A stretch of 64,000 nt of DNA from positions 1 to 64,000 of the forward strand of contig JAAPAO010000092.1 in the NCBI GenBank assembly GCA_013115145.1, written 5' to 3'. Below the pieces are notes generated by a model, which saw nothing but the letters and a program-made list of their open reading frames with translations, was not told the DNA's origin and did no database searches. Position numbers and translations under genes: made by a program. Origin of the DNA: Perkinsus chesapeaki ATCC PRA-425. Its lineage: Eukaryota > Protista > Perkinsozoa. Shown piece after piece: positions 1 through 11,543 of the stretch (the stretch's first letter is position 1; the number at the start of each line of letters is the position of its first letter).

Positions 1-488
1 GTACTTAACGGAATAGGCAAAGTTGCTCTGCTGATGATTACACGTGACAGTTGGTCATTGTAGCTAAATTTGCCGCTTGCGCGGAAATCAGTATATATTG
101 CGCGGACAACTGCGTTAAGCAAATGGAGCAAATGATGCTAACATGCAGAATTTGTGGGTCTAGTAAGTGAAAGAGCAATGTTGCTATTGTCAACGAAAGC
201 AGCGGGAAAATGTTGAAGAAGGCTAATGGGCAACACATTGAAGCAACGTGCCGGTATACACATTTTAAGTTGCCCGATCAAATAACGAGGTGCTCGAATG
301 TAACTAAAAATTAGCTAAAATGCAAAACAGTCGGCAACTTTGAAGAATGCAAAGAAGCAAATCGATTTGAGCAACTCAGCAGCGTTCGCAGAGAATGTAG
401 GATTGAGCAGGTTGGCAAGTTTAGCAAGAAAGTCAGGTTGCTCAATTCGATTGCACCGGGGAAAACACAATAGAAATGTTAACGACAA

Positions 489-1482
489 TTACAGCGTATC
501 AGGGAACTGCTCATGCCATGGCATTTCAGCCTTCAAAAGGGAACGGCTCGAACTGTTACCGTAGCTCACGCCATCTGGACCGGCCTGAGAGGGACCTGAA
601 ATCGGCATCGACACTGTGACGCACCTCAACGACGATATCGGGATAGTTATCCTTGATAGTGTTCACCAGAGATTCGTAGAACCACCAGTTCCCAGTCGGA
701 CTGAAGTGAAGGCCGTCCCTCAGGAACGACTGCCAGTTGACCTCCTGCTGCATTGCGGTGAATGTGTCCAAAACAGGGACCTATCAGAGATGATGCTGGG
801 TGACAGTAGTAGAGCGATGCCACCTCGTTCTTGATGCCAACTTCCTTAGCAGCTTTCGCGTACTCCTGGGTGACCTCGAGCTTTCGGTTGGGTTGGTCTG
901 GAGCCACAGCACCGAACCTAGCCTTACCGTCGGCCACTATGGCATCAGCATCAACCGGCGGAGGTGTGACCAGTATGATGCGAGAAGCGTACTGAGACAA
1001 CATGGAGGAGGGAGAACTTCTTTACAGCCTACCGGTTTCGCCAACTTCACCAGATCGTCTAGGCTTCTACGGTACTCATCCAGTGGAACATGCTTGCTGG
1101 GTGATCTGAGCGAAATGTGGTATGAAAAGGTAATGGACGAGCCTCACCCTGAAGAGTTCGGAATGCCTTCAAGCTGGGCATCGTTGGCACCTAGAAATAT
1201 AACAACCAGAAGGAGCTCGCCGCCGGCTAAGTGCGGAGAATCCTTTTTGAAGATGTGACGAGATACTTCGAGAGTCATCGGGGTGTTATAGCCCGAGTAT
1301 CTAAATGGGACTTTCTGATAGAAAAACCGCAAACCGGCCTACCCTCTATTAATGATATCCGCCCTTCTCTGATACCTATCGGCCAGCAGACCAGCCCAGG
1401 CATCAACTCCAGTAAAACCTTGTTGAGTGATAGAATCACCTACCAGAAGGATCCGGCCTCGGCAAATGTCATAGTCGATCAT
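489..1482 (-). CDS. IAH1: SGNH/GDSL hydrolase, isoamyl acetate-hydrolysing esterase (IAH1)-like, multi-exon
   Basis: Spliced translation gives MIDYDICRGRILLVGDSITQQGF (block I GDS), ADIINRG|YSGYNT (block II), VVIFLGANDA (block III), LRDGLHFSPTGN (DxxH triad) and C-terminal LKAEMPWHEQFPDTL*. Exons join through short GT-AG introns. Confidence 0.9.
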
Positions 1483-1580
1483 CTACAGCAATACCACTCA
1501 CCCCAATACTGGCAAACTCGACGACAACTATCAACTGAAACTGCACTCGAAACACACATGAACATGCTGCTCTATTCGCT

Positions 1581-2960
1581 TTAATCTGAGTCCTCCCGGA
1601 TACCGCCCTTCATCACCCACTCGCTCAACGGTGTCATCTTAACCTTGTACCCATTCTGCCAAGCCACTGCATGCCGCAGCTGTTGGATCCATCTTGGTGT
1701 AACCTATCCATGCATCACTGGTAAGGCGATACCGACTATCTTACCTTATCATTCAGATAGTGGAAACGGTCGGAGGGCTCATAGAGAGTCTTCGATGCCA
1801 GATGGGCTGCTGGGAAGAACAACGACCCTACATCAGTGAACTCGCTTCCTGAAAAGTCACGCGCCGTATAATTACGGGCAGCGTCCGCTGCCACCTGTGG
1901 GAGTGCCGGTGTAAAATCCCCATTGGATGTCTTCGTTCGCTTCTGGGGGGTACAACTGAGGTTTGGTTATTAATTCGGAGATATCATAAATGCTAAACAT
2001 GTAAAGAAATCAGGCGGAGCGAAGCAATGTCTTCTTACTCTCTAGAAGCTCCTCCCTCCTCGTGCACCCTCATGGCAGCCTCTCGACTGGCCTGGGCACT
2101 CCCCCGTACGATATGATTGATAAAGTTGATGAACGACAAACTCATTGTCGAGGAATCCACGGAATCACGCAGGAAGTCAGTCGATAGAGGCGACGATAGC
2201 ACAGCTAGTCTGACAGGAGCCATCCGAAGCTCCCCTGTGGCCCAGTATACTACCGCATTCGATACGCATCGACAACAGTGAGCTCGTCCTCGCGGTCACC
2301 AGCACATGTAGCCGATGCCTCCAGTAGTGCTTTATGATCAAGCGGAGCTTCCGATGTGAGGATCCGAACTAGTAGGAGGGCGGCCAGGGTAGGGTGGAGA
2401 GGAGCCCGGGATCTACACGAAGCTATATGGATTGTCCATCATCGAATGACGCCTACTCGAGAAAGCTAAGGACTCTAGTGACGGCAGCATCACTATCTGA
2501 TTCGATGGCTGCTCCCAAACAGTGACCAAGATGCATATGAAATGCCCTGCCGCTTGCCGAGGAGGCTTCAGTGTTGATAACCTACACTACAGCCTGACAG
2601 GGCAACGCAGATGACCCCCCCCCACTTCCTCAACTAGAGCAACCAGGTCATCATCGGATATCTTGAACCCTCCCCCAGCAGCCCTATGCGCCGCGATGGG
2701 CGTTGAATCAACGTCAAACTCGCCACCTAAAGAGGCATGGAAGGTCGGTGGTACAGGCAGCAGCTCACTCTCCCAGGTGGCGTTGGAGCTCGAGGAGGCC
2801 TCATAGGAGCCAAGTCCATAAAATAGAGAGACGCTCTTGAAAGCGGCCATAGGGTCATCATCGGGCCTAGTAATCACAGAAGGCCTCTGGACGGTGACCG
2901 AGTCTGAGACAGAATTAGGCAAATGTCCTTTGAGGATCTTTCCCACCAAGGTGGCTTGGG
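1581..2960 (-). CDS. Multi-exon hypothetical protein; 5' end uncertain
   Basis: Open exon-sized frames bounded by GT/AG, e.g. SRAPLHPTLAALLLVRILTSEAPL..., SEFTDVGSLFFPAAHL..., and terminal ...WIQQLRHAVAWQNGYKVKMTPLSEWVMKGGIREDSD*. No family recognised. Confidence 0.4.
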
Positions 2961-3550
2961 TGCTTCTCTACAGCAGCTTCAGCACTGAAGTGGCGTATCA
3001 ACTGAAGCGATTGGGACGCTGACCGAGAGAGGGATTTGGAAAAACATATCATCCTCATGAACGTCGACAAGTGAGATGCGATAGGGCCTAAGAACGCGCC
3101 ACGAAATTACGCGCAAGCCCAGAGAAGTATCACTTCTAGGGACCGGACTTCATAATAGATGAATTCGATGCCTTGCTCGTTTGATAAGGAAAGATTTAAT
3201 CTGAAGTACTCCATTTAGAGCGTTAAATTGGGATATTGTGAACCACAAAATGTCAGTTCAAGTACTGACTGTTGGCATTTACTTATAATATCATTACCGA
3301 TACGTGCTTTGGTTGTCCCCGCAAGGGCACGTGTGAGACAAAGCAAGGGCTGCGGTTCTGTGTAATAGACTAAGGTCTCCTTTGGTGAACATATGAACCC
3401 ATGACTCGGGTTGAATTGGAAAAGTTGCGAACCTGCTGATTTCGAGAGTGTTTGGGTGCCGTGACGTGACCCGACGAGCCCCAGGCGCACAGGCTTTGGA
3501 CGGAGGCATGGAGCGTGTGACACGCTTATTGTCACGGGAAGAGCGCACAG

Positions 3551-4156
3551 TTGTTGTACGGGTTCCCTTTGTTGACATCGCATGGTATCGGAAACCTTCG
3601 CAACATTCGCCCATCCAATAGCCTCAGCTGGCATTGCCGTGCTCGTACTGTATGGAGCCAAGAAGGCATACGAGTAAGAACTGCACAGTCGACTGTCAGA
3701 GCTTTCACTGCTGCCTCAGTTCTAAGCCGAGGCCCTCCAGTGATCCTAAAGAGCTTAAAGAAGCCCGCGAGAAGCATGGCAGGGTGATGGTCCTCGCCAC
3801 TGGATTGTCCTTCGCTACCGCGGCATTCGGAACTGCCATGATGGCTGCTCTCCAAGAAGGGGACGATAACGTGAAGGTGGGGATGATCGTTTCCACTTTA
3901 CCAGCTCACACCAGCTTAGGTTCTGCAATCCCCTCATGGCCGCCTGGCCGGTTTGTTCCTCGCCGCAATGTCTCTCAACTTTGCGCTCTCTAAAGGAGCC
4001 TTTGGAAAGTTCAACAGGTAAGCCGCTGCCTCTGTATCACATCTTGGAGCATCTTCGTTTAGATCGAAACGTCACCTACATGCCTATATCGGGTACGGTC
4101 TGGTCTTTGGAGTGCTCGCGCAGTGTGCGTCGGGCATAAAGCTTCTGTTAGCCTAA
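3551..4156 (+). CDS. Cytochrome b561-family (di-heme) membrane protein, multi-exon; start uncertain
   Basis: Spliced product has hydrophobic helices each led by His: LTSH|AGIAVLVLYG, REKHGRVMVLATGLSF, QSPHGRLAGLFLAAM, KRHLHAYIGYGLVFGVLAQCASGIKLLLA*. The spacing resembles the b561 heme ligands. Confidence 0.6.
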
Positions 4157-4232
4157 TGAAAATGACGTTTCAGCCTCCTCAAAGGGTCATAAATTCTACT
4201 GCTCTCAAACCTTTGTTGTTTAAACTGTTCCA

Positions 4233-5951
4233 GTGTTGTGTTGTCAACTCCTCTTTGAATCAACTCCTATGCAGGCCACTATGCAATACTTGCAATCACT
4301 CTCCTTTCTCGAGCCTCTGAGATCGGCAATATCAACCGCCACCGGCAACTCTCGATCAGATCCTGAGCTACCTCGCGTGGCGTCCAACGTATTTTCGGAT
4401 GAGTTGCAGAAGTCATCAAATGTCATCGTGGACGACTCTAGCTCGGAAGAAGAAGTCAATTCCCGAGTGCAACCGTACACCGGACATTCTTGGCAGGCCA
4501 TCTCTAAGAGAGGCCTCTCCAACCCTTCCTGCATTGTGCCTTCTGAGGACAGAAGGAAGCTCTACTGTTGTATCTGCTCCGAGCCGGAACCGAAAGATAC
4601 CTTTGCTAAATTAGTAAATATCGTCACACGCTACATTAGTGACAAGCCGAAGCCCCCCAATAAGAAAATTAGAATAGCTAGCAGCCGAAAGAGCACAGTC
4701 GTTCAACCTCTTGTGGACGCGTCTGGGGTCTACTGCCCCTTTTGCCAACAGTTTGTCTGCGGTCACTGCTACGAGAGCCATCATGGTGTGGTTGCTAGGA
4801 CGTGTCGTACTCAATCAGGACATATTTGTCCAGATCATGAATTGTCTTTATCTGCGGCTCCGCTACCAGGTATGGTCTGTGGCTCATGCCGTACAGCAGA
4901 GCTTCCAATAGGAGACCTCTGCATTCGCTGTCTCTGGTGCCAACGAGCGTGCTGTTTACAGTGTTTTCGAGCGGTGACCGATTGTCAGCCCGCTTCGGGC
5001 TCGATAGGTTGGGACCTGTTCGGGCCCTATACGTGCGACCTTGGCCGTCTTGCAAAAAAAGGTGTTATTTTGGACCCGAAGTACGTCACCACGCCTACCA
5101 CTACAACAACTAGTTCACGAGCATCATCTTCGAATCTCATCAGCGACCGCTCTTTCGTATCAGGGGACCCAGCTCTGTTAGTTCTGGTCGATCTGATACC
5201 TCATACAGAAGCCTCGCACTCATCAATGATGGATTGGCTTTGCCTCATGTACCACATCCTCAACCCCATGCAGATAGTCACTCTTCCCGTAGATGGCATT
5301 GATAGCTCGCTGGACGAGAACTGCTTGGGAGAAATCGAGCACGCCTTGCAACCCTGGCGAGATGGTGCGTTAAACGCCATTCTGGTTATCAGCGAACATC
5401 CCTTTATTGCCACTGCCGCGGCTGTCGTAGTAGAGCAGAGCAATCTGAAATGCCCTGTATGTCTCCTGGACCTACAGTCTCTCAACTCGGTACCTCACGG
5501 TCTCGACTCTGTTCGCCAAACACTCTTGCGTGGCGCTGATACCACTGGCGCATCTGATAGTGGACTCTGGCATTTGATAGTTAGAAGCCACGGTTCTGAA
5601 CTTGCTGAAGGTTTCTTGGCCTTTAATGCGTCACTGACTTCCCTGACTGAGCTCACTGTAACGGTTGGCAATTCATCTAATACAGTAGTTTGCTGTACAT
5701 CGGCGATACTGCTTCAGATTGATGGTCCTAGCCGAGAGTTGTGGTTGCTCTCTCCCATGAACGGGAGAAATAAGAGGCTTCTGTCGACCAAGTACGACGT
5801 CGCGATCAAAGCGCGCTGTACTAGCTCGAAACCATTGACGGTGGACGGCCGGTGCTTCCCTTTGGATGACCAATTGGAGAAGATCTACGATGTGGAGATA
5901 TCTTTAAATTACCATTCTACTGTATCGTTATATCGGTACCATGATAGGTGA
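4233..5951 (+). CDS. Intronless diacylglycerol kinase-like protein with Cys-rich/C1-like N-terminus; catalytic motifs degenerate
   Basis: 572-aa ORF. C1-like HELSLS...CGSC...IRCLWCQRACCLQC is followed by CDLGRLAKKGVILDP (DGK post-C1 motif), LLVLVD...HILNPMQIVTL, ILVISEHPF, CPVCLLDL and PLTVDGRCF. These are collinear with DGK motifs PLLVFVNPKSG / ILVCGGDGT / PVAILPLGTGND / PMQVDGEPW. Confidence 0.6.
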   Translation: MLCCQLLFESTPMQATMQYLQSLSFLEPLRSAISTATGNSRSDPELPRVASNVFSDELQKSSNVIVDDSSSEEEVNSRVQPYTGHSWQAISKRGLSNPSCIVPSEDRRKLYCCICSEPEPKDTFAKLVNIVTRYISDKPKPPNKKIRIASSRKSTVVQPLVDASGVYCPFCQQFVCGHCYESHHGVVARTCRTQSGHICPDHELSLSAAPLPGMVCGSCRTAELPIGDLCIRCLWCQRACCLQCFRAVTDCQPASGSIGWDLFGPYTCDLGRLAKKGVILDPKYVTTPTTTTTSSRASSSNLISDRSFVSGDPALLVLVDLIPHTEASHSSMMDWLCLMYHILNPMQIVTLPVDGIDSSLDENCLGEIEHALQPWRDGALNAILVISEHPFIATAAAVVVEQSNLKCPVCLLDLQSLNSVPHGLDSVRQTLLRGADTTGASDSGLWHLIVRSHGSELAEGFLAFNASLTSLTELTVTVGNSSNTVVCCTSAILLQIDGPSRELWLLSPMNGRNKRLLSTKYDVAIKARCTSSKPLTVDGRCFPLDDQLEKIYDVEISLNYHSTVSLYRYHDR

Positions 5952-6526
5952 CGAATAGTATTCAGTAATGCAACAGTATAGTGTTAGTCAGGAAGATCGC
6001 CGTTGCACGCATGAGGCAAGTTCGAGAGTTTTCCAAGGCAACAACAGTGCGTATGAAAACACTGTCACTACACGGCTGAACAAGCCTGTGCATCTTTTCA
6101 CGGGAAAGGATCCCCTTCGAGAGGGGACAGAAAGTGTGTCTCTCGAAGCCTCGGGTATTGATGCTCGTGAAAAGGCAATATGCTCCACCGAATGCGGCAT
6201 ACATTCGAGTAACCCGGGCCCGAATAGTTCACGACGTAATTATTCTGGATTGCGTGGCTGACCGCCAGCAGCTTCTGTCATCATAGAGATGACCGGCCGT
6301 GTGCATGCAGGTGTTGTGACTGACTGAAGTTAGAAACCCAACACTGTACCGTGAAATGTTGATTACAATGAAAATGTCAGTGATTGACAAGATAACTTCT
6401 CAACTGGCCTATGGTGAATAAAAAGCCAACACCAAAGTATGCGACCTCACCATGAAGAAGATCGCCAAAAGTAGACGCTCCAAAGAGCATACAGTATATC
6501 TCATCATCACTAGTAATGATTCACTA

Positions 6527-7627
6527 CTAACCTTTCTTATTCGCATAGGCGGCTAATGGGACTGTTCTTGGACCACCTTTAATCTCCGTAAATGAAGAAA
6601 AGTGAGTTGTGAAAAATGGGCGACCAAGTATTATATCGGGGGAGTTGTACTGTTGTAGCAGAAGAAGGCACCAAGTGCCATCACAATCCTGCGTATAGTG
6701 AATAGGCGGGATGTGTATTGTTCTAGAAGCAGTAGCCGCGCCGATGGCAAATGTCAGCGTAGGAAGGTAGTCATATCCTCTCTGTTGGATGTACCAGGAA
6801 CCATCTTTAACCTTAACGTGAACGTCCAGGCCTGAATCTTGCTTGACAACCTCGGTAATCGTGTTTAATAAAAACTCCAAGTAGGCCTTGTATAAAGTAA
6901 TACTGTAGGATCCTGTATCATAGATCGCAAAACTATCGAACAGTGGCCTCGAGTAAGCTTGGCCATAGGAGCTCACCAGACCATAGGAGGAGACCTCTGT
7001 GTTGAAGTGGACCTCGAATGGATCCATCTTGAAAACTGTTTTGGGTGGCGTGATCGCACACTGCTCCGGCGTAACAGACCCAAGTATGAGCTTACCAGCA
7101 AAGCTTCGAGGGAGACTAGGAGCACATATCGATACGGTTTTCTCCGATACGATCTTTTTCAGGACCAATTGCGTGAGGATACTCTCATCAGATGCACGAG
7201 GGTCGAAGTCAAGGCCGAAGTAGTTCATAGGCTTCTCAGTCTTGAATGCCGGAGGTGGAGACCATCCTATAATAAGTCGGAATTTCATTCTGAGCTTATT
7301 GCCACCGAGCTCTACCACACCTTCATGAAACACTGTTTCGATTGCACTGCCGTCGTCGAACTTGAGGACGAACTTCTCCTCACTGTAGGGATCACATGGA
7401 CCAACACAGGTATAGCAAGTCTTGGGTGGACATTGCCCATAAGTCTTCTCATACCAGTCTTTATATATAACATAAGTTCCGGGGGAACCCGTATCCATAT
7501 ATAACTCCAATGGCTGACCATCGAAGGCAATCCCGGAGACTTTATTTTGGCTGAATGCCAGCGATATCTGGCAGAAGACCATAGGTAGCACTCCGCTGAG
7601 GCTCACTAGAGTGGTAGCTGTAAGCAT
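6527..7627 (-). CDS. Secreted A1 (pepsin-like) aspartyl protease, intact, intronless
   Basis: Hydrophobic N-terminus from MLTATTLVSLSG, LYMDTGS and IYDTGS catalytic motifs, and C-terminal IILGRPFF. Confidence 0.92.
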   Translation of the reverse strand: MLTATTLVSLSGVLPMVFCQISLAFSQNKVSGIAFDGQPLELYMDTGSPGTYVIYKDWYEKTYGQCPPKTCYTCVGPCDPYSEEKFVLKFDDGSAIETVFHEGVVELGGNKLRMKFRLIIGWSPPPAFKTEKPMNYFGLDFDPRASDESILTQLVLKKIVSEKTVSICAPSLPRSFAGKLILGSVTPEQCAITPPKTVFKMDPFEVHFNTEVSSYGLVSSYGQAYSRPLFDSFAIYDTGSYSITLYKAYLEFLLNTITEVVKQDSGLDVHVKVKDGSWYIQQRGYDYLPTLTFAIGAATASRTIHIPPIHYTQDCDGTWCLLLLQQYNSPDIILGRPFFTTHFSSFTEIKGGPRTVPLAAYANKKG

Positions 7628-8366
7628 TATTGGTGTTAGTGGTGTTAACCGATAAGGTCGTCCATAAGTAACCACTGTCACCGACGGTAACGGGGACGGT
7701 CGCCAAGTACGTCCCCAGTGGGATTGCATGGACACCTCAACCCGGCCTCCAATCCATTCATTGCACCCCTTGGTGCAAAAATGCCACGTTCTCCATCCGA
7801 ATTCTTGTGCTATATACGAGACTCACTTCCCACAGAGCTAAGCAAATAGATTGATATTTGTATTTGCACCATCCACTGTAGCTAGAGAGCACGCATGCGC
7901 GAAGAAGCGTTGTACCCGGATTCAGCAACCGTACTTTCTCGCTCCAGCTGCTAACTCTCCTTATCCTACATTATGTGCTCTGTTAGCTATACTACTCGGG
8001 TCAAACTGCTCGCTGTATTGTTGTTTACCGGTGGTAAAGTTTGAGTGGCAAAGTTTGTAATCTCAAAAAATCCTCATGTTGTTCGCCATTGGGTAATGTC
8101 TCCGTTAAAGAGTGTCAATGCTGTGTTGAATGGGAAGACCCTAGTGGGTCACTTAGCACTGGACGAGCTGGCGGTGAGTGAAATCGCGTTGGAAGAGCCG
8201 CATCGGTCTCGGTCGGGCTGCCCGACTCGGGCATAGTGGCCCAGTATTTTCTGGGTGACAGTGTAAGAGTGGGTAGTGGACAAAACTAAGGTGTACGAGT
8301 TCACCTCATGGACCAGTGGGCAGTGGACAAGTTACATACTACCAAACAAATATCGCAGTGCCTTGG

Positions 8367-8692
8367 TGTCCTTGTTTCGTTTGTTCTACGGTGCTGTGGT
8401 ACTATCGTAACGCAAAGCAATACTGTAATACCAAATACCCATTGATCATACCATTCCTCGGTATCTCAAATGCTCGCTAACTAACGGCATTCTAGGATGA
8501 CTCGAACTGTAGGAATCAGCAAAGGATAAGGCTGACAGCACGTCATCGACTTCAGCGAGATTCACGCTCGTATCATTATTCGTGTTCTCAGCTTTGTCCA
8601 CTACCGGTGCTGACTGTCGAATACCAGGCCTTGGCAAAGGGGCTTCTGGAAGGCGGTCACCCATAGACTTATTTAGCTTACAGAACATATCT
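8367..8692 (-). pseudogene. Duplicated 3' end and 3' flank of the 15127-19051 gene
   Basis: Near-identical to 15048-15373; encodes the same ...LNKSMGDRLPEAPLPRPG...SEHLRYRGMV* with no upstream exons. Confidence 0.85.
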
Positions 8693-8985
8693 ACTAGATG
8701 TTATCTGGGGAGTCTTCAGGCCTGATCCATACCATATGATACCATTTAGGTGTTGTTTGCGGCTTCCAAAGTGGCCGTTAGATGGATGAAAATGCCCGTC
8801 TATGTACGCACAGGTGGTGTCACACCACTGGTGTGGCTAGTTGAGCTTATAATCCAACGCGTGAGAGTGCCAATAAAAAAGAGGACTGAAAACCTAACTG
8901 ATATCTGATCATTGCCTTTAACCTTCCTACATTGCATAAGGAGCTAATGTTGCCGTTCTTTGACCTTCCTTATTTCAGGGAAGTT

Positions 8986-9084
8986 NNNNNNNNNNNNNNN
9001 NNNNNNNNNNNNNNNNNNNNNNNNNNNNNNNNNNNNNNNNNNNNNNNNNNNNNNNNNNNNNNNNNNNNNNNNNNNNNNNNNNNN
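8986..9084. other. Assembly gap (99 N)
   Basis: Run of N. Confidence 1.
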
Positions 9085-9203
9085 TGCAGTGTAGTAGTAG
9101 GAGACAACACCTTCCTTATTTCAGGGAAGTTGCAGTGTAGTAGTAGGAGACAACACCTTCCTTATTTCAGGGAAGTTGCAGTGTAGTAGTAGGAGACAAC
9201 ACC
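9085..9203 (+). repeat. 46-bp tandem repeat (about 2.5 copies visible, adjacent to the gap)
   Basis: TGCAGTGTAGTAGTAGGAGACAACACCTTCCTTATTTCAGGGAAGT at 9085-9130 and 9131-9176, then a partial copy. The end of the unit also appears just left of the gap. Confidence 0.85.
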
Positions 9204-10385
9204 AAGTGCCATCGCAGGCCTGTGTATAGTGACTAGGCGGGATGTACATAGTTCTGTTAGCGCTGGGTTCACCGAGGGCGAATGCCAGCCTGGGAAAGTA
9301 GTCATATCGGATATGACATATTCTCTCTGTCTGATGTACCATACACCACCTTTTACTGTTTGTTGCTTGACGATTTCGGTAATCGTATTTAATGCAAACT
9401 CGAAGTAATGCTTAGGTGGAGTGATGGAATATGCTCCTGTATTATAAATCACCACATCATCGGGTACTCGTTGCATGAAAGGTTGGCCCAAGGAACTCAC
9501 CAAGGCAAGTGAGAGGAGTGCCGTATTAAAGTAACAGGATGATTCCATCGGAAGAACTATTGTGGTGGAGGTGATCGGACACTGTTCCTCCGTAAATGGG
9601 CTAAGTATAACCTTGCCACGGGTAAGGTTATACTGGTAAGTTACCAGTAAAGGTTTCAGTATCGCTAGGAGCACATATCGACACCGTTCTCTCGGATAAA
9701 ATCCTCTTTAGGAACAGCTGGATCATAACGGTTTCACCAGAGTCCTTCTTATAGTATGCAATGCTCAAATACACCTTTTCAACGTCTATTTCGACAATAG
9801 TAACTTCTATTTCGACAGGCGAGCGAAATTTATGTTAAGATTCTCGCTTAGTAAGTTCAATTTCACCAGGGAGGTAGTTCAGGAACTTCAATTTCGCTAC
9901 ACTTGTCTAGGAAATACAATTTCAGAACTTTAGTGAAAACAATTTGGCATATAGGAACTTCAATTTCGACACATACTCCCAAACTTGACAAGGATGACTT
10001 AGATACAGGAAATACCATAGCCACTGCGGACCTGCTTGGTCTTCGGGCTTCCGTCAGCGCGCGTTTCATGTCTCATGACTACGATCCGCTAGCTGGCCGC
10101 TGGCACCAGCACGGGACCCTCGAACTTCCCCCAATCTCCCACACTCAGCGGTTTCATGGTGGGATATTACCCCACAATAAAACCGCTATCCCGCGTATCC
10201 GCATATCCCAGGGATACGGTCTTAGATCGAACCTCATCGTGATGTCCCACTAGGAACAGGGCCTGCGCGCCAGGCCCCCTCTTCGCATCGAAGAAGCTAC
10301 TCTAACTGAATTTATAACCCAACGCTGTCTGATGACAAAGGCAAAAAGTAAAATAACAAAATGACAACTCAAAACACGAACGTTA

Positions 10386-11220
10386 TTAAGCTTCCTTCTT
10401 CGCATAAGGAGCTAATGTGACCGTTCTTCGACCACCCTTGTTCCCCTTAAATGAAGAAAAGTAAGTTGTAAAAAATGGGCGACCAAGTATTATTTCAGGG
10501 AAGTTGTAGTATTGTAGTATAAGGGCACACCAAGTACCATCACAGTCCTGCGTATAGTGACTAGGCGGGATGTATATAGTTCTATGAGCAGTGGGTTCAC
10601 CGAGGGCGAATGCCAGCCTGGGAAAGTAGTCATATCCTCTCTGTCTGATGTACCATATATCATTTTTCGCTTTAACGTAAACGTCCTCGCCTGAATCTTG
10701 TTTGACGATTTCGGTAATCGTATTCAATACCAACTCGAAGTAAGGCTTAGGTACGAGAGAATATGCTCCTGTATCATAGATAGCTATGCCGTCTGGAACT
10801 TGCTGCATGAAAGCTTGGTCCTTGGAGCTCACCAAGCCAAGTGAGAGGAGTGCTGTATTAAAGAACGCGGATGATTTCACCGGAATCGCTATTATGGGGG
10901 AGGTGGTTGGACACTGCTCCTCCTTAAGTGAGCCAAGTATAACCTTACCAGTAAAGGTTTTAGGAAAAGCACTCTGTAATGCAGGTATAACACCTTTTAG
11001 GCGGACATCTACCATAGGTCTTCTCATACCAGTCTTTATATATAACAAAAGTTCCGCTCAGACCTGAGTCCAAATATAAGTCTAACGGCTGACCATCGAA
11101 GGCAATCCCGGTCAATGTGTCGGCGGTGAAAGGCAAAGATATCTGACTGCGTACCAGATACACCATACTGCTCATGCTTGCCAAATAAATGACGGGGACC
11201 ATTAGGTTGTAACCGAACAT
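10386..11220 (-). pseudogene. Aspartyl protease pseudogene with an ~280-bp frameshifting internal deletion
   Basis: The N-terminal ORF (LYLDSGLSG...CYTCI) and C-terminal ORF (PKTFTGKVILG...IYDTGAYS...ILGRPFF) are in different frames. The segment present at about 13895-14173 in the next copy is missing at about 10972. Confidence 0.85.
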
Positions 11221-11543
11221 CGACTATCAGGGATTTGAATTGATAATACGCCGAGTATTAACTATATTTACGCATTTCTCATCACGACTTAGGTTTGTAC
11301 TTCGGCAGTGACCGCTCGCTTACCCAAGCAATGCTGACTGAGGAAGTAGCGCCATCACTGTCTACGTACCTTTGTCTGTTTATTTGCTCTGGGGAGCGGC
11401 CAAGCCGGGTCATCGCCAACCCGACCAAATAGGATATATCCGACCGAGCTCACTGCTGCTCATTGCTTTATGCCGTATCAGTGTTAGCTATCACGGCGGG
11501 ATAGTCTAGTGCCATTCGCTCTATTCAGTGGATCCAGCATGCA

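Larger units (their letters stand above)
8920..9755 (-). pseudogene. Aspartyl protease pseudogene (C-terminal lobe only), disrupted and spanning an assembly gap
   Basis: Homologous to neighbours (YFNTALLSL, YTQACDGTWC). Second catalytic motif reads YNTG, frameshifts are present, there is a foldback insertion at 9604-9649, and the N-terminal lobe is absent. Confidence 0.85.

Noticed and set aside
6959-7504. Antisense ORFs overlapping the proteases and other genes (e.g. 6959-7504, 13736-14020, 56054-56326)
   Set aside because: Shadow frames of real opposite-strand genes.
9085-9203. 46-bp repeat as a CRISPR-like array
   Set aside because: No spacers, eukaryotic context, derived from protease coding sequence next to a gap; may be partly an assembly artefact.
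10259-10300. GC hairpin GGGCCTG-CGCGC-CAGGCCC as a Helitron 3' end
   Set aside because: No CTRR terminus at the expected distance and no matching 5' end.
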